Origin: an uncultured Thermoleophilia bacterium
Lineage (GTDB): Bacteria > Actinomycetota > Thermoleophilia > UBA2241
Direction of reading: 5' to 3'
Assembly: GCA_963765635.1 (NCBI GenBank)
Contig: CAVXXF010000002.1
Location: 17,045-81,044 of the forward strand
Length of the DNA stretch: 64,000 nt
How positions within the stretch are numbered: the first letter of the stretch is position 1; each line of letters begins with the position of its first letter. Positions 10,574-20,215 of this stretch are shown in pieces. The notes beneath the pieces were generated by a model that made no database searches, had not been told where the DNA came from, and was given only the letters and a program-made list of their open reading frames with translations. Position numbers and translations under genes: made by a program.

Positions 10574-12841
10574 GTGACTGCAGGCAAGGGGCCATCGGGC
10601 AGTACTGCCGCGCGCACCATCGCGCCGTGGCGTGCCGTGACCGGCGCGCCGTCTCCGGGGCTGCCCGCCAAACTGCGGCCGCCCACGGCGCGGGTCAGCG
10701 CGGTGGAACGCCGCGCTCTCCTGGAGGCGCTGGCGGCGGCCCCCGAGCCTCTCGTCCTGATATGCGCACCGGCCGGCACCGGCAAGACCACCGCGCTTCG
10801 TCAGTGGATCGAGGTCGACGGCCGGCCTGCGGCGTGGGTACAGCTGGATGCCTCGGACGACGATCCCGTCGTCCTCTTGATCTATCTCGCGAGGGCGCTT
10901 GGCGCCGTCACCGACATCGACCCGGGCGTGGAGAAATCCCTGGGCCTGGCGGTGCCGCCGGTGCGCGAGCGCGTGCTGCCGATGCTCGCCGATGCGCTGG
11001 CCGCTGCTCCGCCGTTCATGCTCGTGCTCGATGACGCGCATATGCTGCGGAGTGCACGATGCTGGGAGGTCGTGGCCTTCATCCTGCGCAGCCTGCCTCC
11101 GGGCGCCCAGCTGGCCCTCGGGACGCGCACCGACCCGCTGCTCCCGCTCTCGCGTCTGCGGGCGTCCGGCGAGCTGGCCGAGTTCCGCGCACCGCAGCTC
11201 GCTCTCGATCACGGGGAGGCCGCCGAGCTCGTGCGGCTGCACGGCTGCACGCCCGACGAGGCGGCTCTGGATGCCCTCCTCTCGGTCACCGAAGGATGGG
11301 CCACCGGCCTCCACCTCGTCTGCTTAGCGGCGGGCGGACGGCCGCTCGAGGAATGGCTGCCGCGGATCCGCGGCGAGCGCCGCGAGATCGCCGCCTACCT
11401 GACTGCCGAAGTCCTCGACAGGCAGCCCGCCGAGGTCCAGGCTTTCCTGCTGCAGACCTCGGTGCTCGGCGAGCTCACTCCCGGCCTCTGCAAGCTCGTC
11501 ACGGGGAGGGACGATGCCGGCGAGCTACTGGCGCTCATCGCTCATCAGGAGCTGTTCGTCGTGCCGCTCGGCGACGAAGTCCACCACTACCGCTACCACC
11601 ACCTCTTTGCCGAGATGCTGGAGGCCGAGCTTGAGGCACGGCACCCCGGCGAACGTGACCAGCTGCACCTCAGGGCCGCGGGCTGGTACGCGGAGCACCA
11701 TGACCCTGACGCCGAGGTGCGCCATCTCCTGGCGGGCGGTGACGTCACGGCCGCCGGTGACGTTGTTGCTGCGGCCTGGCCTGGCCTGTGGAACCGCGGA
11801 CAGGCAGAGACGGTGCGGCGCTGGCTGGAGTCGTTCGACAATCGCCAGGTACTCGGCCACAAGGCGCTGACGATGACCGCTGGCTGGGTCTACACGGCGC
11901 TCGACGACGGCAAGCTCGGCGAGCGCTGGGGCAAGGCAGCTTGCTGCGCGCCCATGGGCGACGCGCCGTCACCGGACGGCGCTGCCTCGCTGCGCTCCTC
12001 GCAGGCGCTACTTCGCGCGACCGTCGCGCCCGATGGGGTGCACCGTATGCGCGAGGATGCGGAGCTCGCGGCGAGCCTGGAAACGGTGCCGGGCACGAGC
12101 TGGTACGCCGACGCCCAGGTCTCGCTCGGCGTCGCTCGCTGGCTCTCCGGGTGGGCCCAGCGCGCGCTTCATCCGCTGGCCGTCGCCGCCCGGGAAGGGT
12201 ACGTGTACAATCCCTCGGCGGAGCTCGCGGCTCTCGGCTATCTGGCGCTCATCAGCGTCGACGAGACGGAGTGGGAGGCCGCGCAGGAGTACGAGGCGCG
12301 TGCATCGGCGCGCCTGACCGAGCTGGGGTTCGGCACCAGCCGGCGCTGCTTGCCCATGCTGCTGGCGCGGGCGAAGCTGCTGGCGCGCCGGCCCGACGCG
12401 GACGTTGACGCCGCCACGGCGGACGTGGACCGCCTGCTCGGCCACATGGTCCCGCATCCCTGGATGAGTCTGCTGACTCACGTCGTTCTGGGGGAGGTCA
12501 CGCTGGAACGCTGCGACATGGTCGCCGCCGAGGCCCATGCGACACGCGCCGCGGTTCTTCTCCAGCGGTACCCCGACGCGGGCATCCTGCGGCGCCGCGC
12601 CGAACGCTTGCGCGGCGCCGTCGAACGCACGCGTATCGCCGAGCCGCTGACCCCGGCCGAACATCGTGTCCTTGAGATGCTGCCCACGCATCTCACGGAG
12701 GCGCAGATGGCAGGGCAGCTCTTCGTGTCGCGCAACACGGTGAAGTCGCACCTTAAGAGTCTCTATCGCAAACTCGGGGCGTCCTCGCGGGCAGAGGCCG
12801 TGGCGGTCGCCCGCGAGACCGGGACTCTGCCGCCGGGTTGA
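10574..12841 (+). CDS. MalT-like STAND ATPase / LuxR transcriptional regulator
   Basis: Walker A APAGTGKTT, LVLDDAH, TEGWATGL, YRYHHLF, C-terminal LuxR HTH LTPAE...LFVSRNTVKSHLKSLYRKLG. Confidence 0.92.
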   Translation: MTAGKGPSGSTAARTIAPWRAVTGAPSPGLPAKLRPPTARVSAVERRALLEALAAAPEPLVLICAPAGTGKTTALRQWIEVDGRPAAWVQLDASDDDPVVLLIYLARALGAVTDIDPGVEKSLGLAVPPVRERVLPMLADALAAAPPFMLVLDDAHMLRSARCWEVVAFILRSLPPGAQLALGTRTDPLLPLSRLRASGELAEFRAPQLALDHGEAAELVRLHGCTPDEAALDALLSVTEGWATGLHLVCLAAGGRPLEEWLPRIRGERREIAAYLTAEVLDRQPAEVQAFLLQTSVLGELTPGLCKLVTGRDDAGELLALIAHQELFVVPLGDEVHHYRYHHLFAEMLEAELEARHPGERDQLHLRAAGWYAEHHDPDAEVRHLLAGGDVTAAGDVVAAAWPGLWNRGQAETVRRWLESFDNRQVLGHKALTMTAGWVYTALDDGKLGERWGKAACCAPMGDAPSPDGAASLRSSQALLRATVAPDGVHRMREDAELAASLETVPGTSWYADAQVSLGVARWLSGWAQRALHPLAVAAREGYVYNPSAELAALGYLALISVDETEWEAAQEYEARASARLTELGFGTSRRCLPMLLARAKLLARRPDADVDAATADVDRLLGHMVPHPWMSLLTHVVLGEVTLERCDMVAAEAHATRAAVLLQRYPDAGILRRRAERLRGAVERTRIAEPLTPAEHRVLEMLPTHLTEAQMAGQLFVSRNTVKSHLKSLYRKLGASSRAEAVAVARETGTLPPG

Positions 12842-12865
12842 GGCCGGGCGGGGACGGATTTCTCC

Positions 12866-15800
12866 ATGACCGCCTGTCCATCGTGCCTTGTCGAGCTCCC
12901 CGAGGGGTCGCGCTTCTGCTCGCGCTGCGGCGTGCGGCTGGTTGCCCGCGCCGCGCCGCGCGAAGAGCGTAAGCTCGTGACCAGCCTCTTCTGCGACCTC
13001 GTCGGCTTCACGGCCATGAGCGAAGTCGCCGATCCCGAGGACATCGATGCCCTCCTGCGCTCCTACCACAACGCAGCCCGCAAGGTGATCGAGGCGCACG
13101 GAGGCACGGTGGAGAAGTTCATCGGCGACGCTGTGGTGGGGGTCTTCGGCGTGCCCGCCTCCCACGAGGACGACGCGGAGCGCGCCGTGCGCGCCGGCCT
13201 GCGCCTTGTCGAGCGGCTCGCCGACGTGCCCAGCATGGGCGGGCGGACCTGCAGGGTCCGCATCGGCGTGAACACCGGCGAGGCTCTCGCGCGTCTCGAC
13301 GTCGAGCCCGGTTCGGGCCAGGGCCTCCTCGCCGGCGACGCCGTCAACGTGGCCGCGCGTCTGCAGGCGATCGCCCCGCCGATGGGCGTGATCGTCGGTG
13401 AGGCGACCTACGTCCTCACCGCGGAGGTGTTCGACTACGATCCGCTGCCGCCGGTGGCGCTCAGGGGCAAGTCCGCGCCGGTCGCCGCCTGGCTCGCCAG
13501 GGCCCCAGTCTCGCGCCTGGGCGTGCGCCCGGGCAGCGCGCTTCAGTCCCGGCACATGGGTCGGGACAACGAGCTCGCGTACCTCATCAGCCTGTTCGAG
13601 AAGGCGATCGGTGCGCGGTCCCCGCAGATCGTCCTCATCCTCGGCGATCCGGGCATCGGCAAGACGCGGCTGGTCTCCGAGCTTCTTTCGTATGTGGACG
13701 TGCGTCCGGGGTTGATCACCTGGCGCCAGGGTCGCTGCCTGCCGTACGGCGAGGGGCGCACCTTCTGGGCGCTCGGCGAGATCGTGAAGGCTCATGCAGG
13801 CATCCTGCGGACCGATGATGCGGAGACCGTCGCGGCCCGGCTTGAGCGCATGGTCCCTGCCGGCGCCGACAAAGATTGGGTGTGCGGCCGCCTGCGTCAG
13901 CTGGTCGGGCTGGAGGCCCCGCCGGCGGGCCGCGACGAAAGCTTCGCGGCGTGGCTGCGGTGCCTGGAGGGGCTTGCCGCGGCGCGTCCGATGGTGCTCT
14001 GCGTGGAGGACCTACAATGGGCCGACGATGCGCTGCTCACTTTCTTCGACTTCCTTGCCGCCCATGTGGGCACGGTCCCCCTGCTCGTGGTCGCCACGGC
14101 CAGGCCCGAGCTGCGCGCGAGCGGCCCGGCCTTCGCGCCGTCCGGCGGGCGAGCCACGAGGATGTGGCTGGAGCGTCTGTCTGACAGGGAGACGATGCAG
14201 CTGGTCGCCGCACTGCCGGAAGCGGCCGGCGTGGGCGACGAGGTGATCGGCGCCATCGCCCGCCGCGCGGAGGGCAACCCCTTCTATGCCGAGGAGTTGG
14301 CGCGGCTGATGGGCGACACCACGCACCGCGACCTGCAGCTTCTGGAGAGCGGCGCCGGCGCTCTGCCCCGAACGGTACAGGCGATCATCGCCGCGAGGCT
14401 CGACGCCCTGTCCGCGGAGAGTAAGGCCTGCCTCGGGGACGCGGCCGTGGTGGGGCACGTCTTCTGGGCGGGTGCGCTTGTCGCACTGGGCGCTGGAGAC
14501 GCCGTCACGGTGGAGGAGGCTCTCCGCGAGTTGCTCGACAAGCGACTCGTGCGCCGCGTGCAGGACTCCTCGATGCGGGATGAAGACGAATTCGCCTTCT
14601 GCCACGGATTGGTGGCCGAGGTCAGCTACCACACCCTGCCGCGTGGCGCTCGCGCCAGAAAGCACGCGGCGCTGGCGTCCTGGACCGAGGCGAAGGCCGG
14701 GGAGCGCGCCGACGACATGGCCGCTGTCCTGGCGCGCCACTTCGCGGACGCCGTGGAGCTCGCGCGCGCCGCCGGCGAGCCGGCCCTGGCCGAGCCGCTT
14801 GTCGCTCCCGCGGTCCACTACCTCTCGGTGGCCGGCGACCGCGCCCTGGACCTTGACGCGGCCGCCGCACAGCGGCATTACGAGCGTGCCCTCGGTCTGG
14901 CCGGGCTCGATCATGCAGAGCGCCCGGCGCTGCTCGCGCGCTTGGCGGAGCCTCTCTTCCAGGCCGCCAAGTATCGCGAGGCGGCCGACACGCTCAGCGA
15001 GGCGTGTCAGGCGCTGCTGCTGGCCGGCGACCGGCGCGCCGCCGCGCTCACGCTGGCGAGACACGCGGACGTCCTCTATGCCCTCGGTGACCCCGGCGTC
15101 ACCGACCTGCTGGAACTGGCGATGGCGCTTCTGGAGGGTGACGAGCCGAGTCCCGAGATGGCGACTGTGCTGGGGCGATACGGAAAGGCCCTGTGGCTGG
15201 CCGGCGACCCTCATGCCGGTCTCGAGGCGATCGACGAGGCCGTGGCGATCTCGAGGCGGCTGGCTCTCCCCGAGCCCGTCCTGCTGCTTGGATACCGCGG
15301 AGGGATCCGCTGCATCCTCGGCGACATCGGAGGCCTCGAGGACTACGTGTACGCGCTTGGCGCGGCGAGGGCGCTGGGTCTGGAGCGCGAGGCCGCACTG
15401 CTCATCTTCAATCACGCCGACGCCCTGCTCTCCTACGAGGGGCCTGCCGCGGCGGCTGTGGCCCTCCGGGACGGCATGAAGTCCGCCCGGAGACACCGCC
15501 TCGAAGAGCTGGCCGCATCGTCGCCGTCCGGTCCCGTCGCTGCGGTGGGGCAGATGGGCGAGTGGGATGCGGAGGCCGTGCGGCGCCTTACCGTGAACCT
15601 GATCGAGTCCCTCGGTCTGATGGGGGAGTGGGACGACGCCTTGGCCATGGCGGCGGAGCTTAGTCCCGCCCTGGAGCAGAGTGAGGCCGGATCGGACCTG
15701 GTGATCGTGTATGCGCAAGAGGCGGTCCTCAGAGTGGCGCGCGGCGAGGCCGATCTGGCGAGGCCCTTCGTCGATCGGCTCGAACAACACGGCCTGGCCA

Positions 15801-16339
15801 GCGAGATCCCGTGGATCCGGGCCTACGCGCTGCTGGCGGCCGCACCCGTGCGCCTTCACCTTGGGGACGCCGATGCCGCGCTCAAGCTCCTTTCCGAGTG
15901 GGACTCACGGGAGCGACCCGGCAGCGGCCCCAACTACGTCGTGTACCTGCCCGAGGCGGTGTGCACGGCGCTGGCCGCGGGCGACGAAAGGCTCGCGGCA
16001 CGCCTCGCGGGCGGCGTCGACTCGGCGCTACCCATGCAGCGGCACGTGCTGGCGACCACGCAGGGCCTCCTCGCCGAGCGGCGGGGCGAATACGAGACGG
16101 CGGCGGCCGTCTTCGCCGACGCCGCTGCCGGCTGGCACGGTTTTGAGATCCCCTACGCAGAGGCTCAGGCCCTGCTCGGGCAGGGGCGCTGCCTGCTGGC
16201 GCTCGACCGAGCGCCGGAAGCAGCGCCCGCTCTGGCCGCGGCCTGCGAGATCTTCGCGCGGCTCGGCGCCATGCCGGCGCTCGCGGAGACGGAGGCGTTG
16301 CTCGCTGGTGCAGCGGGAGACCCGCCACCGGGCGTTTGA
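12866..16339 (+). CDS. Zinc ribbon + class III nucleotide cyclase + STAND ATPase + TPR protein (paralog 1)
   Basis: CPSC..FCSRCG; FCDLVGFT, EKFIGD, GDAVNVAARLQ; Walker A GDPGIGKT; Walker B VEDLQWAD; GNPFY; helical C-terminus. Confidence 0.92.
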   Translation: MTACPSCLVELPEGSRFCSRCGVRLVARAAPREERKLVTSLFCDLVGFTAMSEVADPEDIDALLRSYHNAARKVIEAHGGTVEKFIGDAVVGVFGVPASHEDDAERAVRAGLRLVERLADVPSMGGRTCRVRIGVNTGEALARLDVEPGSGQGLLAGDAVNVAARLQAIAPPMGVIVGEATYVLTAEVFDYDPLPPVALRGKSAPVAAWLARAPVSRLGVRPGSALQSRHMGRDNELAYLISLFEKAIGARSPQIVLILGDPGIGKTRLVSELLSYVDVRPGLITWRQGRCLPYGEGRTFWALGEIVKAHAGILRTDDAETVAARLERMVPAGADKDWVCGRLRQLVGLEAPPAGRDESFAAWLRCLEGLAAARPMVLCVEDLQWADDALLTFFDFLAAHVGTVPLLVVATARPELRASGPAFAPSGGRATRMWLERLSDRETMQLVAALPEAAGVGDEVIGAIARRAEGNPFYAEELARLMGDTTHRDLQLLESGAGALPRTVQAIIAARLDALSAESKACLGDAAVVGHVFWAGALVALGAGDAVTVEEALRELLDKRLVRRVQDSSMRDEDEFAFCHGLVAEVSYHTLPRGARARKHAALASWTEAKAGERADDMAAVLARHFADAVELARAAGEPALAEPLVAPAVHYLSVAGDRALDLDAAAAQRHYERALGLAGLDHAERPALLARLAEPLFQAAKYREAADTLSEACQALLLAGDRRAAALTLARHADVLYALGDPGVTDLLELAMALLEGDEPSPEMATVLGRYGKALWLAGDPHAGLEAIDEAVAISRRLALPEPVLLLGYRGGIRCILGDIGGLEDYVYALGAARALGLEREAALLIFNHADALLSYEGPAAAAVALRDGMKSARRHRLEELAASSPSGPVAAVGQMGEWDAEAVRRLTVNLIESLGLMGEWDDALAMAAELSPALEQSEAGSDLVIVYAQEAVLRVARGEADLARPFVDRLEQHGLASEIPWIRAYALLAAAPVRLHLGDADAALKLLSEWDSRERPGSGPNYVVYLPEAVCTALAAGDERLAARLAGGVDSALPMQRHVLATTQGLLAERRGEYETAAAVFADAAAGWHGFEIPYAEAQALLGQGRCLLALDRAPEAAPALAAACEIFARLGAMPALAETEALLAGAAGDPPPGV

Positions 16340-16400
16340 GCGCGGCCCGGCGGTCGTACAGACGGCCGATTCTTCCTCCATTCTGTCGAGACAGCCGGGC

Positions 16401-16575
16401 TTGCTCCGCCCGCCGGCCGGTGTATCATGGCTCTTGCTGCACCCATCGCCGCAGCTGAGCGCCGTCTCCGCTCACTGCCCGCAGGCATTGGACCCCCAGC
16501 GAACGCTTCGGCGTCCCCTGGGGGTCTTCGCGTTTTCCGAGGGGCACACACACCGGTTCCTAAGGAGGGAGCTGC
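16401..16575 (+). promoter_or_regulatory. Promoter and structured 5' leader with terminator-like hairpin (copy B)
   Basis: TTGCTC-16-TATCAT, hairpin GCAGCTGAGCG/CGCTCACTGC, CCCGCAGGCATTG, then GACCCCCAG...cTTCGg...CTGGGGGTC-TTCGCGTTTT. Confidence 0.62.
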
Positions 16576-17808
16576 ATGGACTTTCGCTACACCACGGAGC
16601 AGGAGATGTACCGCCAGGCCATCCGCGAGTGGCTGGTCAAGAACCTCGAGCCGCGTGCCCGCGCCATCGACGAGGCCGAAGACGGCATCCCCGACGACAT
16701 CACGGCGGGCATGGCCGAGATGGGCATGTTCGGCGTGACGATCCCCGAGGAGTACGGCGGCATGCCGATCCCCGACGACGAGCGCCTGATCTACGCGATG
16801 ATCACCGTCCAGGAGATCGCGCGCGCCGACCTCAGCATGAGCACTCCTGTCTACACCCTGCTCACGATCGGCTGGTCGTACATCATCAATCGGTACGGCA
16901 CCGACGAGCTGAAGCAGGAAGTGCTGCCGGCCGTGGCCGCAGGCAAGGCCTTCGCCGGTATCAACACCACCGAGCCCGGCGGCGGCAGCGACCTCGGCGC
17001 CATCAAGACCATCGCGCCGTGGAACGAGGACAAGCAGGCCTTCGTCATGAACGGTGAGAAGGCCTACGTGAGCGGGCCCAAGGAATGCGCCAAGTGGGGC
17101 CCCCCGAGCGGCCACTGCACCCTGGTCAAGACCGACCCCGCCCAGGGTCACAAGGGCATGACGTTCATCTGGGTCCCGGCGCATCTGCCCGGCATCACGT
17201 ACACCACGTACAAGGACATGGGCCGCATGGGCCTGAGTACCGGCGGCTGGATCTACAAGGACGTCGAGCTGCCGCGCAAGTACATCCTCGGCGAAGAGGG
17301 CAAGGGCTTCTACGTCAACATGGACGGCTTCAACGCCGCCCGCGTGCTCGTGGTCGCGGCCTGCCTCGGCGGCGCCGAGAAGGCCCTCGAGATCAGCGGC
17401 GAGTACACCGCCCAGCGCACCACGTTCGGCAAGCCGCTGGGCAAGAACGAGGGCATCTCGTTCGAGATGGCCGACGACTGGATGCAGCTCGACATGCTGA
17501 AGCTCAACCTGTTGCGCGGCGCCTGGATGATCGGCCAGGAGCATACCGACCCCGGCCAGTTCAGTCGCAAGGAGATCAACAAGATCATCAGCACCTGCAA
17601 GTGCCTGGCTCCGACCTTGTGCCACGACATCGCCCGCCACGGGATGATGTACCACGGCGCCTTCGGCTACACCAAGGAGACGCCGCTGGAGATGCTGCTG
17701 CGCGGCGTCATGAGCTACGAGGTCGGCGCCGAGGGCGGCCTGATGATCATGCGCGGCATCATCGCCCGCGACGAGTGGGGCGATACGCACAACCCGTTCA
17801 AGGACTAG
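16576..17808 (+). CDS. Acyl-CoA dehydrogenase
   Basis: MDFRYTTEQ, IPEEYGG, TTEPGGGSD, NGEKAYVSG, QRTTFGKPLG, HGAFGY; SD AAGGAGG. Confidence 0.95.
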   Translation: MDFRYTTEQEMYRQAIREWLVKNLEPRARAIDEAEDGIPDDITAGMAEMGMFGVTIPEEYGGMPIPDDERLIYAMITVQEIARADLSMSTPVYTLLTIGWSYIINRYGTDELKQEVLPAVAAGKAFAGINTTEPGGGSDLGAIKTIAPWNEDKQAFVMNGEKAYVSGPKECAKWGPPSGHCTLVKTDPAQGHKGMTFIWVPAHLPGITYTTYKDMGRMGLSTGGWIYKDVELPRKYILGEEGKGFYVNMDGFNAARVLVVAACLGGAEKALEISGEYTAQRTTFGKPLGKNEGISFEMADDWMQLDMLKLNLLRGAWMIGQEHTDPGQFSRKEINKIISTCKCLAPTLCHDIARHGMMYHGAFGYTKETPLEMLLRGVMSYEVGAEGGLMIMRGIIARDEWGDTHNPFKD

Positions 17809-17842
17809 GGCGGAGAGCAAAGGCCGGGAGGAGGCCGCCACA

Positions 17843-19132
17843 ATGGAATCAGTCGAATGCATCGTCGTCGGTGGCGGCCTCGCCGGCCTCTCGGCCGCCT
17901 ACGGGCTGGCGTCGGCCGGCGTGGAAGTCATGGTACTCGAGCGCGGCGACTATTCGGGCGCCAAGAACGTCACCGGCGGGCGCCTCTACGTGAAGCCCGT
18001 CCGCGGCTTCTACCCCGAGCTCTGGGACGAAGCCCCGTACGAGCGCCCCGTCGCCCGCGAGCTCGTGACGATGATGGGCGACGGCGCCCACACGACCATC
18101 GAGATCGCCTCCGACCGCTTCGCCGGTGAGAGGCCGCAGAGCTACACCGTGCTGCGCGCCAGGCTCGACCAGTGGTTGGCCGAGAAGGTCACCGAGAAGG
18201 GCGCCATGGTCGTGCCCAATATGAAGGTCGACGAACTCCTGCGCAAAGACGGCCGCATCATCGGCATCCGCGCCGGCGGCGACGAGATCGGGGCGAGCGT
18301 GGTCATCGTCGCCGAGGGCGTGCTGCGGTTGCTCAGCAGCGCGGCCGGCCTGGCGGCCGAGCCGCAGGCCAGGCATCACGCGCTCGGCTACAAGGAAGTC
18401 ATCGAGCTGCCTGCGGGCGTCATCGAGGACCGCTGGCACCTGAATCCGGGGGAGGGTGCCGCACAGTTCTTCATGGGCGCCTGCACCAGGGGCATGATGG
18501 GCGGCGGCTTCCTCTACACAAACAGGGACAGCATCTCGCTGGGCATGGTCGTGGGCATGGAAGACCTGCGCCGCCGGCGCGACGGCACCGAGAGCTGGCA
18601 GCTCCTGGACGAGTTCAAGGAGCTGCCCCAGATCCGGCCGCTGGTCGCCGGCGGTACCGTGGCGGAGTACTCGGCGCACAGCATCCCCGAGGGCGGCATC
18701 AGCCAGGTTCCGAAACTCGCCGGCGACGGCTACCTTGTCGCCGGGGACACCGCCGGCCTGAGCCTCAACGCCCTCGTGACGGTGCGCGGCATGGACTTCG
18801 CCATCGCCAGCGGCTACTTCGCCGCCGAGGCGGTCAAGAAGGCGAAGGCGGCCGGAGATTTCTCGGCCACCGGCCTCGCCTCCTACGAGGCGTCCTTGCG
18901 CGAGAGCTTCGTGCTCAAGGACCTCGAGACGGCGCGGGCCATACCGGGCTTCATGGAGAACCCGCGCCTGTTCACGCACTACCCCAGGGCCGTCTCACGG
19001 CTGCTCGAGAGCATCTACACCGTCGACGAACGGCCGCAAGCCGGCCTGGTCAAGAAGGCCTGGAGGGGCGCGAGGCGCGATTTCCTGAACGTGGCGACCG
19101 TCAAGGACGCCTGGTCGATGCGGAAGATCTGA
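17843..19132 (+). CDS. fixC: FixC-type ETF:quinone oxidoreductase flavoprotein
   Basis: IVVGGGLAG, ERGDYSGAKNVTGGRLY, GGGFLYTNRDSISLG, EYSAHSIPEGG, RGMDFAIASG. Confidence 0.92.
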   Translation: MESVECIVVGGGLAGLSAAYGLASAGVEVMVLERGDYSGAKNVTGGRLYVKPVRGFYPELWDEAPYERPVARELVTMMGDGAHTTIEIASDRFAGERPQSYTVLRARLDQWLAEKVTEKGAMVVPNMKVDELLRKDGRIIGIRAGGDEIGASVVIVAEGVLRLLSSAAGLAAEPQARHHALGYKEVIELPAGVIEDRWHLNPGEGAAQFFMGACTRGMMGGGFLYTNRDSISLGMVVGMEDLRRRRDGTESWQLLDEFKELPQIRPLVAGGTVAEYSAHSIPEGGISQVPKLAGDGYLVAGDTAGLSLNALVTVRGMDFAIASGYFAAEAVKKAKAAGDFSATGLASYEASLRESFVLKDLETARAIPGFMENPRLFTHYPRAVSRLLESIYTVDERPQAGLVKKAWRGARRDFLNVATVKDAWSMRKI

Positions 19133-19144
19133 GAGGGAGGAGCC

Positions 19145-19426
19145 ATGCCGATGAAGATCGACGCCAAGCTCGGCCTCGATGTCTTCAAGCTCGACAAGGA
19201 GCCGCACATCGTCATCGACACCGAGGTGTGCAAGACGGTGTGCACCGACGACGCGTGCCTCTACGTATGCCCGGCCGACCTCTACGAGCGCGACGACCAG
19301 GGCCGCATGACCGTCAACTGGGAGGGCTGCCTGGAGTGCGGCACGTGTCTCCTGTGCTGTGACCATCGCGCTCTCACTTGGAAGTACCCGAGCGGCCCGT
19401 TCGGAGTGCAGTTCCGCATGAGCTGA
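19145..19426 (+). CDS. fixX: FixX ferredoxin-like protein
   Basis: HIVID..C...C....CLYVCPA, GCLECGTCLLCC, WKYPSGPFGVQF. Confidence 0.9.
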   Translation: MPMKIDAKLGLDVFKLDKEPHIVIDTEVCKTVCTDDACLYVCPADLYERDDQGRMTVNWEGCLECGTCLLCCDHRALTWKYPSGPFGVQFRMS

Positions 19427-19439
19427 AGGAGGTGACGGC

Positions 19440-20213
19440 GTGGACATCGTCGTCTGCGTGAAGACCAACCCGGACCTGCAGATGGTCCGCATCAAGAACC
19501 GTGAGGCGGTCACCGAGGCCGTGCCGTACAAGATCGGCGACCTCGAGAAGAACGCCCTCGAGGCGGCCGTGGTGCTGCGCGACGCCGTCGGTGGCAAGGT
19601 CACGGCGTTGTGCCTGGCCGAGGGGAACCGCAAGGCCGCCGAAGACATCAAGGTGGCCCTGGCGATGGGCGCCGACGAGGCCGTCGTGATCGACGACCCG
19701 ACGCTGGCCGCTCCCGATCAGGCGGCCGTGGCCGCGGCTCTTGCGGCCGCCGTCAAGAAGATCGGCGCCTGCGACCTGCTGCTCTTCGGCGAGGGTTCCA
19801 GCGACAACTACACGGGTCAGGTCGGGGCGCGCGTCGCCGAGCTGCTCGGCCTGCCGCAGATCGGCTACGCGCGCAAGCTCGAGGCCGCGGAGGGCGTCGT
19901 GCGCTGCGAGCGCAGCATGGACGACATGATCGAGACCCTCGAGGCGCCGCTACCGGCGGTGGTCACCGTGGTCAGCGAGATCAACGAGCCGCGCATCCCC
20001 GGCCTGATGCAGATCATGAAGGCCAAGAGCAAGCCCCTGCAGGTGTGGGCGCTGGCCGACCTGGGCCTCGACGCGCCGGCCCCGGTCCGCGAGATCGTCA
20101 GCAACCTGGCGGAGGAACAGGACCGCAAGAACATCCTGTTCGAGGGCACCGCGGCCGAGCAGGCCGACGCCTTCGTCAATGCCCTCATCAAAGAAGGCGT
20201 CCTGGGGAGGTAA
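19440..20213 (+). CDS. etfB: Electron transfer flavoprotein beta subunit (FixA)
   Basis: MDIVVCVK, ALAMGADEA, GEGSSDNYTGQVG, EINEPRIP. Confidence 0.93.
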   Translation: MDIVVCVKTNPDLQMVRIKNREAVTEAVPYKIGDLEKNALEAAVVLRDAVGGKVTALCLAEGNRKAAEDIKVALAMGADEAVVIDDPTLAAPDQAAVAAALAAAVKKIGACDLLLFGEGSSDNYTGQVGARVAELLGLPQIGYARKLEAAEGVVRCERSMDDMIETLEAPLPAVVTVVSEINEPRIPGLMQIMKAKSKPLQVWALADLGLDAPAPVREIVSNLAEEQDRKNILFEGTAAEQADAFVNALIKEGVLGR

Positions 20214-20215
20214 CG

